From positions 186,001 to 250,000 of the forward strand of contig NW_020845843.1 in the NCBI RefSeq assembly GCF_003704095.1: a stretch of DNA of 64,000 nt, read 5' to 3'. Source of the stretch: Pocillopora damicornis (Eukaryota). How positions within the stretch are numbered: the first letter of the stretch is position 1; each line of letters opens with the position of its first letter. The position numbers and the translations under genes are program-made. The notes beneath the pieces are model-generated. The model ran no database searches and was not told where the DNA came from. It was given only the letters and a program-made list of their open reading frames with translations. Positions 26,801 to 39,550 of the stretch are shown here, piece by piece.

Positions 26801-29800
26801 GGAAAAAAATTTCAATTGAGTTTTTAAAGTATTCCAGGATGATTGTATTGTTTTTTTCCTGCACTACAAATTTTCGCTGTTCTCAGCTGCGAGACTGAAG
26901 TCAATCGCGACCACGTGACATGGTTATTTTGGTTTTCGCGCGCGTTAGACATGCACTTGTTTTTAGTTTAATTTCTTATTGGGTGATTATTACCATTTGA
27001 TTTCCAATTATTTTTTAATATACCAATAACACGGAAAGAAATCACATAATTTATATTTAAAACGTAAAGCCCTGTCTATATGTCGTGTTAAATCCTGGAA
27101 TCTTACAGGCGAACACGAGTGCGATAATGGCTTGTGACGCACTATTTCGTGCGTCGATGTTTTCCTTGGCAACATTTTGCCAACATTTTCATAGAGTTTA
27201 AGGGATAACTTTACCTTGATCTGACCTACATTTCTGAGATGCAAGAAACTGTCGAAAGTTAAAAGCTTTTCGGCCGCCTTTTTATGCTTGCATCAGAATT
27301 ATTTTAAGGAATAATTTGTCATGAGGTCTTTCCAATTGATTGTCTGATATTAAAGCGCATCAAAATTATTTGCATTCTCCTTCCGTTCGAGTATCAAAAA
27401 CGACTGAGCTGTAGCTCCCTGATGATAGAATTTGTACTTTCTGTTGAACTTTACCGCAGCATTTGGTCCAGTCAAACGGAGAAGCCGTGTCTTGTATTCA
27501 GAGCGGAGGTCACAGTTTGCCATTTGATCAGATCTAGAGAACCAAAATATCAATTTAATCCCTTTGAAAAAGTGATAAGTGGTCTTTTCAAAACAGCCAT
27601 ATCCTGGACAGCACAACCCATGAAGACTTGTATCATGATGCATCACTCGAAAGGGATGCCGGTACATTTGGGGCCTGCGGAAAATATCACTAGTTGAAGC
27701 ATGGGTAGGGGTTGTCTTTGTCGAAATATTTGAAGGGGATGTCGTCTTTTACGGAAGGTGCAAAAGGGTTACCTTGAAATCTTGTACCGTGTAATAACTG
27801 TTAATATATACTCTGCGTTTTCTGGCCTGGGAGTGATCGCAGAAAGACCGCTAGTGATCAAATCAGTTCTATACTTCATTTCTTTTCTGCACTACTTTCG
27901 CACCGCCCCTGTACGCCTGGTACAGGCGATCTCATCAGGTCCTTGAGGTATTTCCTTTTTTCTTACTTGATGTGGTACTTTGACTTTTCTTTACTACACT
28001 CGGCGTAAAAGCGCGCTTAACGGGGTTATATGGCATCGGTGAAGAAAAGCTATCGATAATCAAGTGTTTTGTGAAGGAAGAACACTACTTACTCTCCTTT
28101 TAAAACCGTAAAATATTGAAAATAATTAATAAACCGCTTTGATTCAAAGTCTTGAACTTCTCGGTGAACAAGTGCTCTGCCTTCCATCTGTAGATAAAAC
28201 AGTGAACGACAAAAATCAGCAGAAATAATTATCATAACTGATCATGATAAAGATGATGGCTAAGTTCACACTCGAGCAGCTAATCGACAATACTATAACA
28301 TCACTGAAACATAAAGTATAACGAAAGAGTTAAGCACAGAGTTTTCTTGTTAATTTTTAATGAAACTTGTCTGGCTGGAATAATTATTGCTGAATTGCAG
28401 CTAGAACACTAGCCACGTTTTCAGATCTGGTATTTCCAATTTCACTTTCAATACAACCTACGGCGAAAGAAGTTTCGAAAAATAATAAAACTTCTGAACG
28501 TCTTTTTTATGACAATGCAGTTTTCTCGTGCTTGTAAAAATGAACATAAATACAAAAGACGTCTCTTTTGTGCCGGGAAAAGTTACTCGAGGATAACCAA
28601 CAGTTATGAGGCGGAAACTCTCTGGAATTCAAACAATAGCGAGCAAATCAAAAAGAAAGACTTTGAGTTAAAGGGTTCTCACCGCCTCGCCAAACGCAGT
28701 AGCATTATACAAAGCCTTTTTGTACAACTCGGACGAGGCTTGCTTACCAATCCAGCAGTGGATATCACAACTGGTCTGCAAAACAAAAAAAAACAAAAAA
28801 AAAAAAAAGCGAGGGAAAAAGTCAATTGCTCTTTACTAAAAGCAGTGAACCTTCAGCCGTGACTGCCCATATTTTCTAGTTACATTAATGGTTTGATGGG
28901 CGATGGAGAAAGACTTGAGCCAGATATTTTTGAAATCTGCCAGGAATTAGCTTTTCAAAAAGGAAGCCAGAATTTGAACTTGGCTTTGGTTCTTCAAGTC
29001 ATTTCGACTAATGTTCCCATTTAGGTAAGGAGTTATGTCTTAACACTGTTAAACTTTTCCGTTTCGGACTCTTAAAGGGTCTTTCTTGTGTTAAAATACG
29101 TAAGAAGAACAAAGCGAGATGAACATTTTAAATTGTTCTACTTCATCATCGAATATTGCTCTCTTGAGTCAGTGAGTTCACTGTCGGGTCACTGATGATG
29201 ACAAAACTGCTTCATAGCTTTGGTGTAGTATACTTTTCTTTATACTCACTGATGTTTTAAGAGATGTACGATTCAACACTATGTACACTTCTTGGCTGAA
29301 GAATTTTCCTTTGGCGGCTAAACTCCATTCTACGATCTGTGACAAGGAAAAAAGATTACTGTAATCAATAAGCAACTACGCCCACTACTGGAACGCAAAA
29401 CAGAACACACGGGAATCCCGCGGGATTCACGACGCAGAAAAAAGTTTGTTTTCACTTAAATTACACTTGGGCGAGATAAGAAAATCTATGTCAAATCAAG
29501 AAAACCTCGCTTCTTAAGCGAATTTTAGCTGGCAATGAATGTGGGTGATATGAATCTCAGCAAAGAAAAAGTTCTGTAGTTCTTTTGGCCAGTGAGTTAA
29601 AAAGTTGAATGTTGAATGTTGAAACTGAATTCTGTAAAAAGTGAAGCATAGGATTTCACACGGTCTGCATTCACCCCTGCAGATTGTAAAGTTGTTTTTA
29701 TTATTATTACTTAACAAGCGTTGAAATTTTTTCCTTATTTGGAAAAACGCAAGTATCTACATAATGCACTCAGATCAGTTGTTTTAAAACAAAAATATTC

Positions 29801-30517
29801 TCTAGCATGACTTCTACATCATTAGACAATAAGTTAAATTTTCAGTGCACGAAATCCTACAAAACTCTATATCAACAATCAACATATTCTAAATAGGTTT
29901 TTTTTCGTAACGGTCGATCCCCATATGGCAAAAATCGAGATCTTACAGTAATTTTTACGAAACAAATCAGCCCATACAGTCTTACGAAAAAGCTGAAAGG
30001 AATTTGGAGAGAAAGACAAGAGGAAAAAACTTCTAATGAAAGAAAGCAGGTGTTGCACGGTCGTTGATAAAAATATAAAGCTTTAAAAGTGGTTAAATCC
30101 CGCTCTCGAGGGTAGAGTCTGCGTTGTTGTACATACTGACTCTGCGCATTAATTTGACAAAGTGACCCACTGAATAGTAAACAAACTTTAGATTGCGATA
30201 TTTTTTGACAGCCTTCAAGCTACTTACACTAGAGTCGGTGATTTTCCAGGCCCGTGGTTTGTCAGTCGCAGGTTCAGCAGAAATTGCTATCCAATCCTTC
30301 AATCAGTAAATTATAAAGTGACGTTAGATGAGGTCAATTGCACTCATTATATACAGTTCATCTCAAACTCTCACCAGCGCATTACAAGCAACAAAGTCAA
30401 AGAATGGTTTTAAGAGACCTTAACGTCTATATCACGGTCTACATAAATTGGTATCTCTGCTTCTTTCCAGCGGTAATCCGAAAGTCCTTCTATGTAATTG
30501 GAATCTAGGTCTGCCAT
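23828..30517 (-). CDS. Three-domain gelsolin/severin-like protein B (~385 aa, 14 exons), divergent tandem paralogue of A
   Basis: Exons 30517-30419, 30296-30228, 29336-29250, 28775-28683, 28187-28093, 27533-27455, 26759-26667, 26469-26401, 26023-25984, 25557-25475, 25349-25291, 25006-24933, 24346-24237, 23935-23828 give an open frame with the same 13 intron phases as gene A. Motifs: YRWKE, GKFFSQEVYIVL, DIHCWIG, VHREVQDFES, EYKTRLL, LDSNDVFIIDSGLKIYQWNG, VTVVKEGQ. The exon 1 donor (GTCTCT) is weak. Confidence 0.85.
24090..24232 (+). mobile_element. tRNA-derived SINE-like repeat in the last intron of gelsolin B
   Basis: A box tagctcagttgatag and B-box-like gattgaattcc, then gaagcctgaatttt...aattgc...cacctgcgagcatcattc. 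Confidence 0.65.
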
Positions 30518-31644
30518 TTTGATGCGACACTGCGAATAAATCGTTGCACTATCCGTCGGCTCGAGGACGCCTCTAAAGGTTCCAGTCCAATGGGTAGATT
30601 CCCTTCATTTATGATGTTTAAAGTATTATTTTAATCATGAGCGATACTATTGGTCGTTATTTTAAGACGGGCCTTTATCTTAAATTGTCAAGCAGTAACT
30701 ATTGTGAAGGATTAATTAAACAATGCTTCTCATTTGTGCCTCGCAAGCACCTTTCATGTATTCACAGCAGGTAGTTCAGTTACTAAACAGAAATACGAAT
30801 GCTTGTAGAGTTAGTTTGCGGTGTTAATATGCAGCAGCAGTTCAGAAATAAAAGACCCTTTTGAAATCATGTCTTTATAACCAGGTCTCTTGACTTATGT
30901 TATTTTTGGTTTAAATAAAAGGTTTCTTGCTTAGATAAAACTTGGTGTCTTCCTGGGAATTATTGCAAAGCGTGTCAAACAGCTAAAAAGATGAATAAAA
31001 TAAACATGAATTTTAATATTTAAAAATCTGTCCTAGAGTGGCAACTTTTCAAGTCAGTTAGTTGATAAAAGTCTGTATTGAGGTGTCACGGTGAGTGAAA
31101 TTAAAAAATTTGTCGAAACTGTTTATCACTGTGGTGATTGACATTCTCTCTCACGGAAAGAGAAATCTAAATAAACATTTGAAATCAAAGGTAGGTGTGA
31201 CGGCCAGCCAATTTTGAAACTGATAAACGTATGAGCCGATGAACGTGCAAACGACTAAAATCATTTAAACTATGGTCGCATGGGATTTTCATAGTGCAAA
31301 ATCGTGAACAGACCGCAAAGACTAGGAATAAAAATGGTTAAGTCAGCTTATGAGCCAGAGGCTCCATCCTGTCGTAGAGTGTCCTAGTTTAGTGACATTA
31401 AGTGACTTATAGCAATGAAAAAGAAAAGAAAAGATGTGACTGATAAACCGTTAAAGGAAAAGCACGAAACGGAAAACTCACAGATAACGTGATGGGGCCT
31501 TCACGCGAGCAATTTGTCACGTAAACTCGTGTTTCGCAATGCATGGTGGGATATTCAATTCTTGCTGTGCTGGCTTTTGCTTCCTTGTTTGACGACATTG
31601 GAAAGGTCTCGCAGGAAAAATTTAGACTCTGGTTATTCACGAAG

Positions 31645-34118
31645 ATGGTCGATGATCATTGGGCTGCTCGTCATGACAGAAACAAAGTTGACCTCGTCTT
31701 CATTGTCGACTGTACAGGTTCCATGGGTCTTCATATCAAGCAAGCGCAAAAACACGTTCGAAGTATCGCCGAAACTGTTTCGCGAACTGCATTCAACGTG
31801 AAGCTTGGGCTGGTAGAGTACAGAGATCACCCTCCCCAGGATAACTCATTTATAACGAAAGTTCACGATTTTACACATTCCGTAGAGGAAATGAAAAAAT
31901 GGGTGGATGGTATGAGCGCAAGAGGCGGTGGAGATGGTCCTGAGTCAGTGGCTTGTGCTTTGGACGCAGCTTCCAAACTCAACTACAGAAAAGATGCTAC
32001 CAAGATTTGTGTTCTCATTGGTAAGTTGAAGCTTTACGAATAGTGTGGACAGGTAAGAACAGGTACATTAAATATTATGTGAAATTTTTCAGATGATCTC
32101 TGCACCTTGGAACAGTTTTGATAAAAATGTTACAAACGATTGTGTAGGAACGAGCTCGATGGGAAAAAATCCGAATAGATATCACTGGTGTTGGAGAACT
32201 TTAATTACTGGTGTTCACTTTTTCACGTGGCATTTTTAATTTTGTCGTATTTCTCTTCAAAATCTGTTGTGAAAGCCGTATTTATCTGGATCCTCGTGGA
32301 GAGGTCATAGTTTTACGAAGGAAAATAGTTTGAATGGTAAACATCACCCTGGATATTTGTATTCTTGTAAATAAAATTCAGATCATTACTCACATATTAT
32401 TGTAGACACAGTCGTTTGTTCACTTTCTTTATTAATTAGTTTACAGGATTATACTTATTTTTAACACCAATTTTGAGCAGTGATGTACTTCGTTATGGAA
32501 TTATTTGATCCTATCAACATACTATGTACATATACATCCTAAAACCACTTCATTTGAAATTATAACACTGCTGTATTAAGCTCTGATTCTCAGAGTAATT
32601 CCCAGTCTCCATTTTAAGCTTCCCAGCAGTACCTTATTGTTTTGGTGATTATAATATCGTTTTAATGTGACAGACATGTATCTTCAGATTTACATTTACT
32701 GATGCTTACATTTAAAATTTACCATTTTGATAATAAAAACTACAACTCTGACTGGGAAGTACTTGATGAGAGCAATTCCACAAGATAGGGCACTGTAGGT
32801 TATTATCTGATAATAATGTCATAATTGAGGTGATGAATGGTAAATTTACTGGAGTCTTCTTTATTCTTTCAGCTGATGCCCCTCCTCATGGACTTGGACT
32901 AGAGCATGATGGTTTCCCTGATGGCTGTCCAACAGGCAATGACCCTCTACAGGCTTGTAGAGCTATGGTGGAGAAGGGAATTGTACTGTACTGTGTTGGA
33001 TGTGAACCAAACATCCTACGCTACAAAGATTTCTTTATGGGTTTGGCATACATAACTGGTGGCCAGTATGTTCCTCTCTCCAAAGCTCAGGGATTATCAA
33101 AGGTTGGAATTTAAGTTAAAGGAGCCACAGTGTGTTTAATTCATGTCGTTAAAGGTAGATTGCTATTTAAGAAAATTTGTGCCAAATTTATGCTGAAATT
33201 TACCTGATAAAATTTTCACATCCACCATTTTTAAGACATGTTGTTTTTTGTTAGCCATCTCATTACATCTATTAAATATATTACTGCTTAAAATTCATGA
33301 CAAAAGTAGGTGACACACCGTATTGAACTCACTAGTACATACAATTTTTTTTAAAAAAGGCATTTTTTAAACAAACAAAGCAAGTCTTACTAATGTGACT
33401 GCAGTGTGCTGGAGAGTAGACTTGGCATAGCTCACCACAGAGTTCTTCACAGTAGAGAGTCAGAGTATCAGAATATGGAATGTAAAGGTTTAGGGTTGGA
33501 TTGTTTGTGGGGTACTTAAATGTTTTCTTTGTGTCATGTTCTTGACAACAGGAGTAACATCTTTCTTTAATTGATGCTCCAACTAAAAAGCTATAATCAT
33601 CTGTCTTATTTTATCATTAACTTCCTGTTTTGTAGGTAATAATAAATGCCTCACTTGAGGAGGTTGCCCATGAGAACATTATGGGATATGTTGAAGACTT
33701 CTTAAACATGGCCCTTGAAGAAATGAAAGGAAAGAAACAGAAGGTAACAGTAGATGACTTGGCTGAAAAACTTCAAGAGCATTTGAACCTGAGAAATGTC
33801 AAATCCCGCCAACTTCAGTGCAACTCTGCAGAACTCCAGCCCCCCACACCAACAGCAAAGAGAATTTCTGGGTTAAAAAAATTGTCACAAGTTCAGCAGT
33901 TCCTGGAGAAAGACACTCCAATGGACTACAGATTATTTTACATGAACAATGTCACAGTGGAGGTCACCATAACTGAGCCAGCAGAAGTTACTAAACTCTT
34001 GTCTGAAAGGTTACTTACGAAGGCACTTGGCAGGCAGAAAATACCTGTGGAACATGATGAAGAAACTGGTGAGATAACCATTGAGCCATTTATGTCTGGA
34101 GCAAGTCCTGCAGTGTAA
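31645..34118 (+). CDS. Stand-alone VwkA-type von Willebrand A domain protein (~362 aa, 3 exons) with intact MIDAS
   Basis: Exons 31645-32020, 32873-33102, 33636-34118. Motifs: DLVFIVDCTGSM, LGLVEYRDHPPQD, ARGGGDGPE, KICVLIADAPPHG, DGFPDGCP, TGGQYVPL. An in-frame upstream ATG exists at 31543. Confidence 0.9.
33420..33570 (+). mobile_element. Decayed SINE copy (same family as 1080-1335)
   Basis: catagctcaccacagagt...aaaggttt...gtgggg...ttttctttgtgtcatg..cttgacaa resembles the reverse complement of the 1080-1220 segment. Confidence 0.5.
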
Positions 34119-35302
34119 CTGAATGACATTTTTATGAAAAGGGTTTCAAGAATTTTTGACACAGATTCATGACATGTGCGGAAGTATTCAAGTGGACTCC
34201 TACAACACAGTTTATTTTAGCCAAGAACCAACTTTCTCAAAAGCTTTTTCCTTTTCCTGAACAGCAGTAGGTTAGCCCCTTATCCAGCACATAACTTCAA
34301 GTATCGCCAAATATCAATTTATGGGAACCATGAGGGAACCCATGTATGGTTACTATTTTGTTGTGAATTGTAACATAGGAAATATCCTTGAGTAAGGAGT
34401 AAAGAAACTTGACAATGAATTATATTAATAGTGGTAGAGTGTTGTTAGTCTCCAATGAGACAACTTTATTTTGCTTGTTATGAGGTTTAAAAGGCCTCAA
34501 ATTCTTTAAGTTCAATTATTTTACCATCAAGTTTTTTTTATGAATGGGAAGATTAGCAGCTTTTCTCTGCAGTTCAATAACAAAGTTGACACAAGTGATG
34601 CAGTTACATTATGTATTCAGCAGTTCATTTAAGAGGTTACAAACATAAATGTTATGATTACCTTCTTCGGAAGAACAACTGTTAACCTAGGTCTTTTTTG
34701 TCTCACCACATTTAATGATCTCCTTTTTAAAAATCCATTTAATTTTCTTTTCTCTTTGATTATTGTTACAAAGTAAATACTCCTGTAAACATGACATTTA
34801 TGAACTGAATAATGTTAATGCTATTTTTAACTGAACTTATACTTAAATTATGATCCTGTAGAAAAACTGTACCTCCATTCAGTCCTCAATTAACTTTGAT
34901 TATCATTTCGAACTGAATATCATTATTTTTTTGCATCTATCGAGTAGGATGTTACTCTGCGTTGAAGTACATTTACCTTTTCGTTCCAGCCCTTCTCCCC
35001 TATCTCGGGAGAAACTAGATCTCAGTTCACCTCTTCCATTTGCAGTCCTCGTGAGGCTCTGTGCGGTTTCCCAAATGTCGCGAGGTTGTGCTATTGTGTT
35101 GAAAATCTTTTATGATACTAATGGCACTAAAGTTTCTTCTTTAAAGAATGCAAAATTGGTAACACTTGGGAATAGTTTCTCTTGAGTTGAAATAATCTTA
35201 CATTGGAAAGCACACTTCAACTCTCGAACACTGGGAGAAGATTGAGGATGGAGGTTGGAAACTAGAGCATCACTTCCGTCTCTCGTAATCGTTGCTCGAT
35301 CC

Positions 35303-38300
35303 ATGGCTACCCATGGAACTGCGTCAAGAGTAGTTGTCTCGGGAAAGCGTCTTTTGAACCCTTTCCGTACTTTTCTACATCGTGTATCCTCTGAAATCTT
35401 AGAAGAAGACTTGAAGTCTTTGAAATTTATTTTGGCAGATGAAATTCCTGAGGGAATTTTGGAAAATTGTCAGAAGTCTACGGATTTGTTTTCCTACATG
35501 ATAAAGAAGTGTCTTATAGGAGAGAACGATCTGGATTTCCTTGCAGAACTTTTCCATTGCATTAACCGATCTGATCTTGCAGAGCGTGTTAAAGTTTTTA
35601 TAAGTAAGTCTCCCTCATCACTAGGAATGGGCAGCGCACCCATAGCACAGGTGACTCGTGAATTGCCAGGTAAATTTCATATTCCTACCTCCAACCCTAA
35701 ACTATCAATCTTAATTATTAATTTTCATTGTGTGACCAGCTATTTAAATTAAAATTGAAGTAATCAGTCGTAAGGAATGACAGCAAACAAAGAGCAACAA
35801 GTTGTCGTAGTGAGCGAATTCGAAGTCGGGAGGGTCGATGGGGTGAATGCAGATGCTAGTATAAGGATTATTGTCAGTGAGGGATTGTGCCGTGCCAGTG
35901 AAGGGAAACCTGACTCAACCAGAAACCTTAAAAAAATTTGCTCATGTATCTGTCAGAAAGTTTCTCCATCTAGTGCAGATTGTGGTGAATGGATAAATTT
36001 ACAAAAACCGTGACTTTCGGTCTGTTGAAAAAAAAACTCATGGACTCACTCTGTGATGTGTGAGCAGCTTAATTTCAAGGCCTCTTTATTTGAGCTCTGT
36101 TAAGAACACCTGACCTGGATTCTTAGATCCTTTTTCAACACTGTTTTTTCTTTGGAAAGATTGTGACAAGTTGATATAGATAGGCCAGGCTGGCCTGATT
36201 TCTAAGTCTTGGTTTTTTTTTTTGTGATTGATTTATGTGTTTTATATACAATCAATACAGTTGATCGAATGGTACCCAAAACTGTTTATCAGCCCAAAAA
36301 AATAGACATATCTACAATAAAGGGGAACACCATGTGTATGATTAGGACATAGTAACATTTTCTTTTCTTTCTTTTCAGCCATGGGAAAGGCTATGGTTCG
36401 CTTCATGTTATCTGGTAATAATATTGACCAAAGAGCCACCCTCCAACAATTGAAAATTGGAATTTGTGCAGCTCTTCGAATAAAAAATTCTGATATCAAC
36501 TTTGTTAAAACAGAGGAGGAAGCTAATAACTCAGCCTGCTTCACCTTTCAAATCCCAAAGAATGATGGGCTGTTAAATTCACTCCGTAATGATGCCCTTC
36601 AAAAAGAGGACTGGCTTTGTCAATGTGGAATCCAGGCAGTGAGGGTTGGTGGAGATGCAAGTTACATTTGTCTTGTTCAGCCACTCACCCATCCACCTAA
36701 GGATACCCAAGCCAGACTTTCACAACTACTTCAGGCAGAAAGTGGTGCAGGTATTTACATGTGTAGTATGACATCTTGTAAGCTATCACTGTGGAGTTAT
36801 CTGACCCCTCTAAGAAATATTTTTCTTGGTGAGGTTATGAATTGACCTGACTGATCTTCCTGTTGGTATAGGGGTGCCACCCATGGCTCAGAACTGTGAC
36901 CTTAAATAGGCCAAAAAGAAAAAAGAATACCTAGCCTGTGAATAACAGGAACTGATCAGCAACAAATATCTAGCTTTGATCTCAACTGCAACTGAAAAGG
37001 CTGATTGAGGCTTCTATTTTATGTATATGTGATGTAACAGGAGTCAATTACCTGTTCCCTGCTGCCTATGGCCCTTCTTTGAAATAGAATTTACCAAAGA
37101 AAGAGATCAAAACCTGGGGCAGGAGTATCTGAACAGAGATGGATACAAAGTGATAACTGAATGGTATTATGAAAAAGCCTTTACCTAAGGGGGTATAAAT
37201 GCAGAGGGGGGAGGGGGTGGAGTATTTGGAACCCCTTGATACTTGAATTTGATTTTTAAACTTATTTTTCCCTATACTAGATTTGAAGTGGAAAGACTTT
37301 GTTAACAAAGACAACCTGGATTTGATTGTTGTTGTTGAGCGTACTAAGAATCGTAAGTTTCATACAAGACTTAAAACTCAACTGGCTCACTTGGTTGAAA
37401 TGATTTGTGTAAGAGATTACAACTTCCGACTTGCCCTAGTTTGTTATCAGGATCACACTTTTCCTGTTTCCAATGCTATCACTTGGTGGTTTACTAAAGA
37501 AAAAGATGTCATGAAGTCCCACATACATTACCTTAATGAATCTAGAATACCATGTTCAGAAAATGGGTTGGCTGATGGTCTTGCACTGGTACAAGATTTA
37601 GCAACTAAAGAAGATTCAAAATCATGCCGGAAAGATGCCAATAGAGTTTGCATACTACTGCGTAAGTACTGTATGATGGTTAGATGTAGTGAACTGAACA
37701 GTTAATATGCTGGACTCTAAGTTGAGAAGTAGAGTTTGGAGACCTGGCTTTGAGTCATTGTGTCGTGTTCTTGTGCAAGACACTTTACTCTCCCAGTCCC
37801 TCTCTCCACCCAAGAGTATAAATAGGTACTGTACCTGTGAATTGTCAGGGAAATCCAATGAAAAGCTGGATAACCTGTGGTAGACTAGCATCCTATCCAA
37901 CTTGAGTAAAACATAATGAAAAAGCTGACAAAACCACCAGCTAGGGCCACTTGGTTTGAGTGCTGACTATAATGGAATTTACATGATGGAACCTGATATG
38001 AGTTTTCCCAAACTTTACTATCACAGTTATTCTTTCCACCCAAGAGTATACACTATAGGTGAATATCAGTGAACCATTCCCAAGTGATTGCTGGGTGTGG
38101 ATCCTAAGGTGGCTTAACACCCTGTCTTCAAAGGGAGGGTGTAGCAATATTCTTAAACATGTCATGCCTTAGGAAACAGAGATTATGACTGGCTCCTACT
38201 TTTAGTAGAGTTTATATTATTTGTAAGGGTTTAATGCTTATGAATTAACCAATCTATTGGTTTTTTTAGCTTCAGTGAACGAGAGAACCTCCCTAGAAAC

Positions 38301-39550
38301 ATACAAGTGTTCACATGGCCACGATGTGATGAAAATTTGCAGACAGTTGGCAGAAAATTCCGTCACCCTTTACACAGTTGGAATCATGCAACCCACAACT
38401 GCATCCCCTTTTGGAAGAAACCCATTGCCAGAATTTTTTTCAGGAATATCACTCAAAACTGGAGGTCGTTACATCCAAACACAAAACATCAAGCAGCTAC
38501 CAGTGGTAATTTTCAACATTTGATAAGAAAACTTTTTTTAGTAATTTTATTGTGCACGTTCTGCATCCAATTCATTAGTCCCTCTTTCCACATACCAGCT
38601 CTTCTGAATTTTACTTAGACAAATTACATGCAACATTGGTCTCTATTGACTCAAAATTTGCCATCTTTGGGACCTACTTTTATAACTTGATGATGGAGTG
38701 TGACCTAAATTTTCAATTTTATGCTTGCATGAGAGAATAAATCAAACTCACAGTCCTGATTTTTTGTAGTCAGTCAATTGCCTACCATACCAATCCTGAA
38801 ATGTCTTTCAGATAGAAAGGCGTCACATAGCCTCACAAAGAGTGTAGGTGAAAACTGGGTTTGGTGACTGCTGTGTGATATCATTTGGGAATTTGTGTAA
38901 AAACAAATTCTTATTTTGCAAGTTTCTTTTAAAATCTATTCCATGTTTGGAGCCACCTAATTTTTTTCAAACTATTTAGAGATTTATTTTTCTGGAAAGA
39001 CATTTATGGCATTGGTGCTGATTAAGAGTTATATCCTAAATCCTAATTCTGTCATCCTTGTTGTTAAGAATCTACAATATTTCTCCACTCACAGATTATA
39101 ATGTGTGCCATTAAAGAAGATCTATCCTTGGAGCGTCTCATTGGCACTGCACATGATATAGTCCTACCACATGTGATTGAGAAATATGGAGATGTTAATG
39201 TAGAAGAGCTTACCAAGATGCTTAGAGAAGAACTTAATCGAAGATCCTGCCTCGCAAAAAGCATTGTACTGCAAAACGGTGTGAGTGTTCTGCGTGAATC
39301 TGAGTTAGCGCAGAAGTTGTCTTATGATGAGGACTTGGAGAGTGCTTGTTGCACTTTTAGAGAAGGTGTTAAAAGATTGCAGCAAGCAGAAATGCCTACA
39401 AATGGATTACCACAAGATGTGGACATGGAGAAGGTGACTAGTGACCTGGCGAGAATTACAATATCAAAAGATCAGGAAATCACTGATGATTTGTCAGAGC
39501 GACTTGTTCGCAAAGTTGGACATCGGGCTTTTTACTGCACTTCATCCTAG
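35303..39550 (+). CDS. DED + putative TRADD-N-like domain + degenerate vWA protein (~603 aa, 5 exons)
   Basis: Exons 35303-35669, 36379-36750, 37281-37661, 38270-38505, 39095-39550 join in frame. Exon 1 is a death effector domain (FRTFLHRVSSEILEEDLKSLKFIL..DLF..LDFLAELFHCINRSDL, RxDL motif). Exons 3-5 align with the neighbouring vWA gene and share both of its intron positions. Confidence 0.88.
37690..37900 (+). mobile_element. tRNA-headed SINE with a conserved central domain (ancient metazoan SINE type); second partial copy at ~38030-38190
   Basis: gtcattgtgtcgtgttcttgtgcaagacactttactctcccagtccctctctccacccaagagtataaataggtac...gactagcatcctatcca. Family recognised from memory, not from a search. 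Confidence 0.65.

Noticed and set aside
27773-27868. Possible extra exon of gelsolin B (TDLITSGLSAITPRPEN...)
   Set aside because: Exon 27533-27455 fits the phase and gelsolin homology (EYKTRLL) better and preserves the 14-exon match with gene A. An alternative exon cannot be excluded.
31466-31475. IRF-like GAAACGGAAA upstream of the vWA gene
   Set aside because: A single short motif in A-rich DNA; likely chance.
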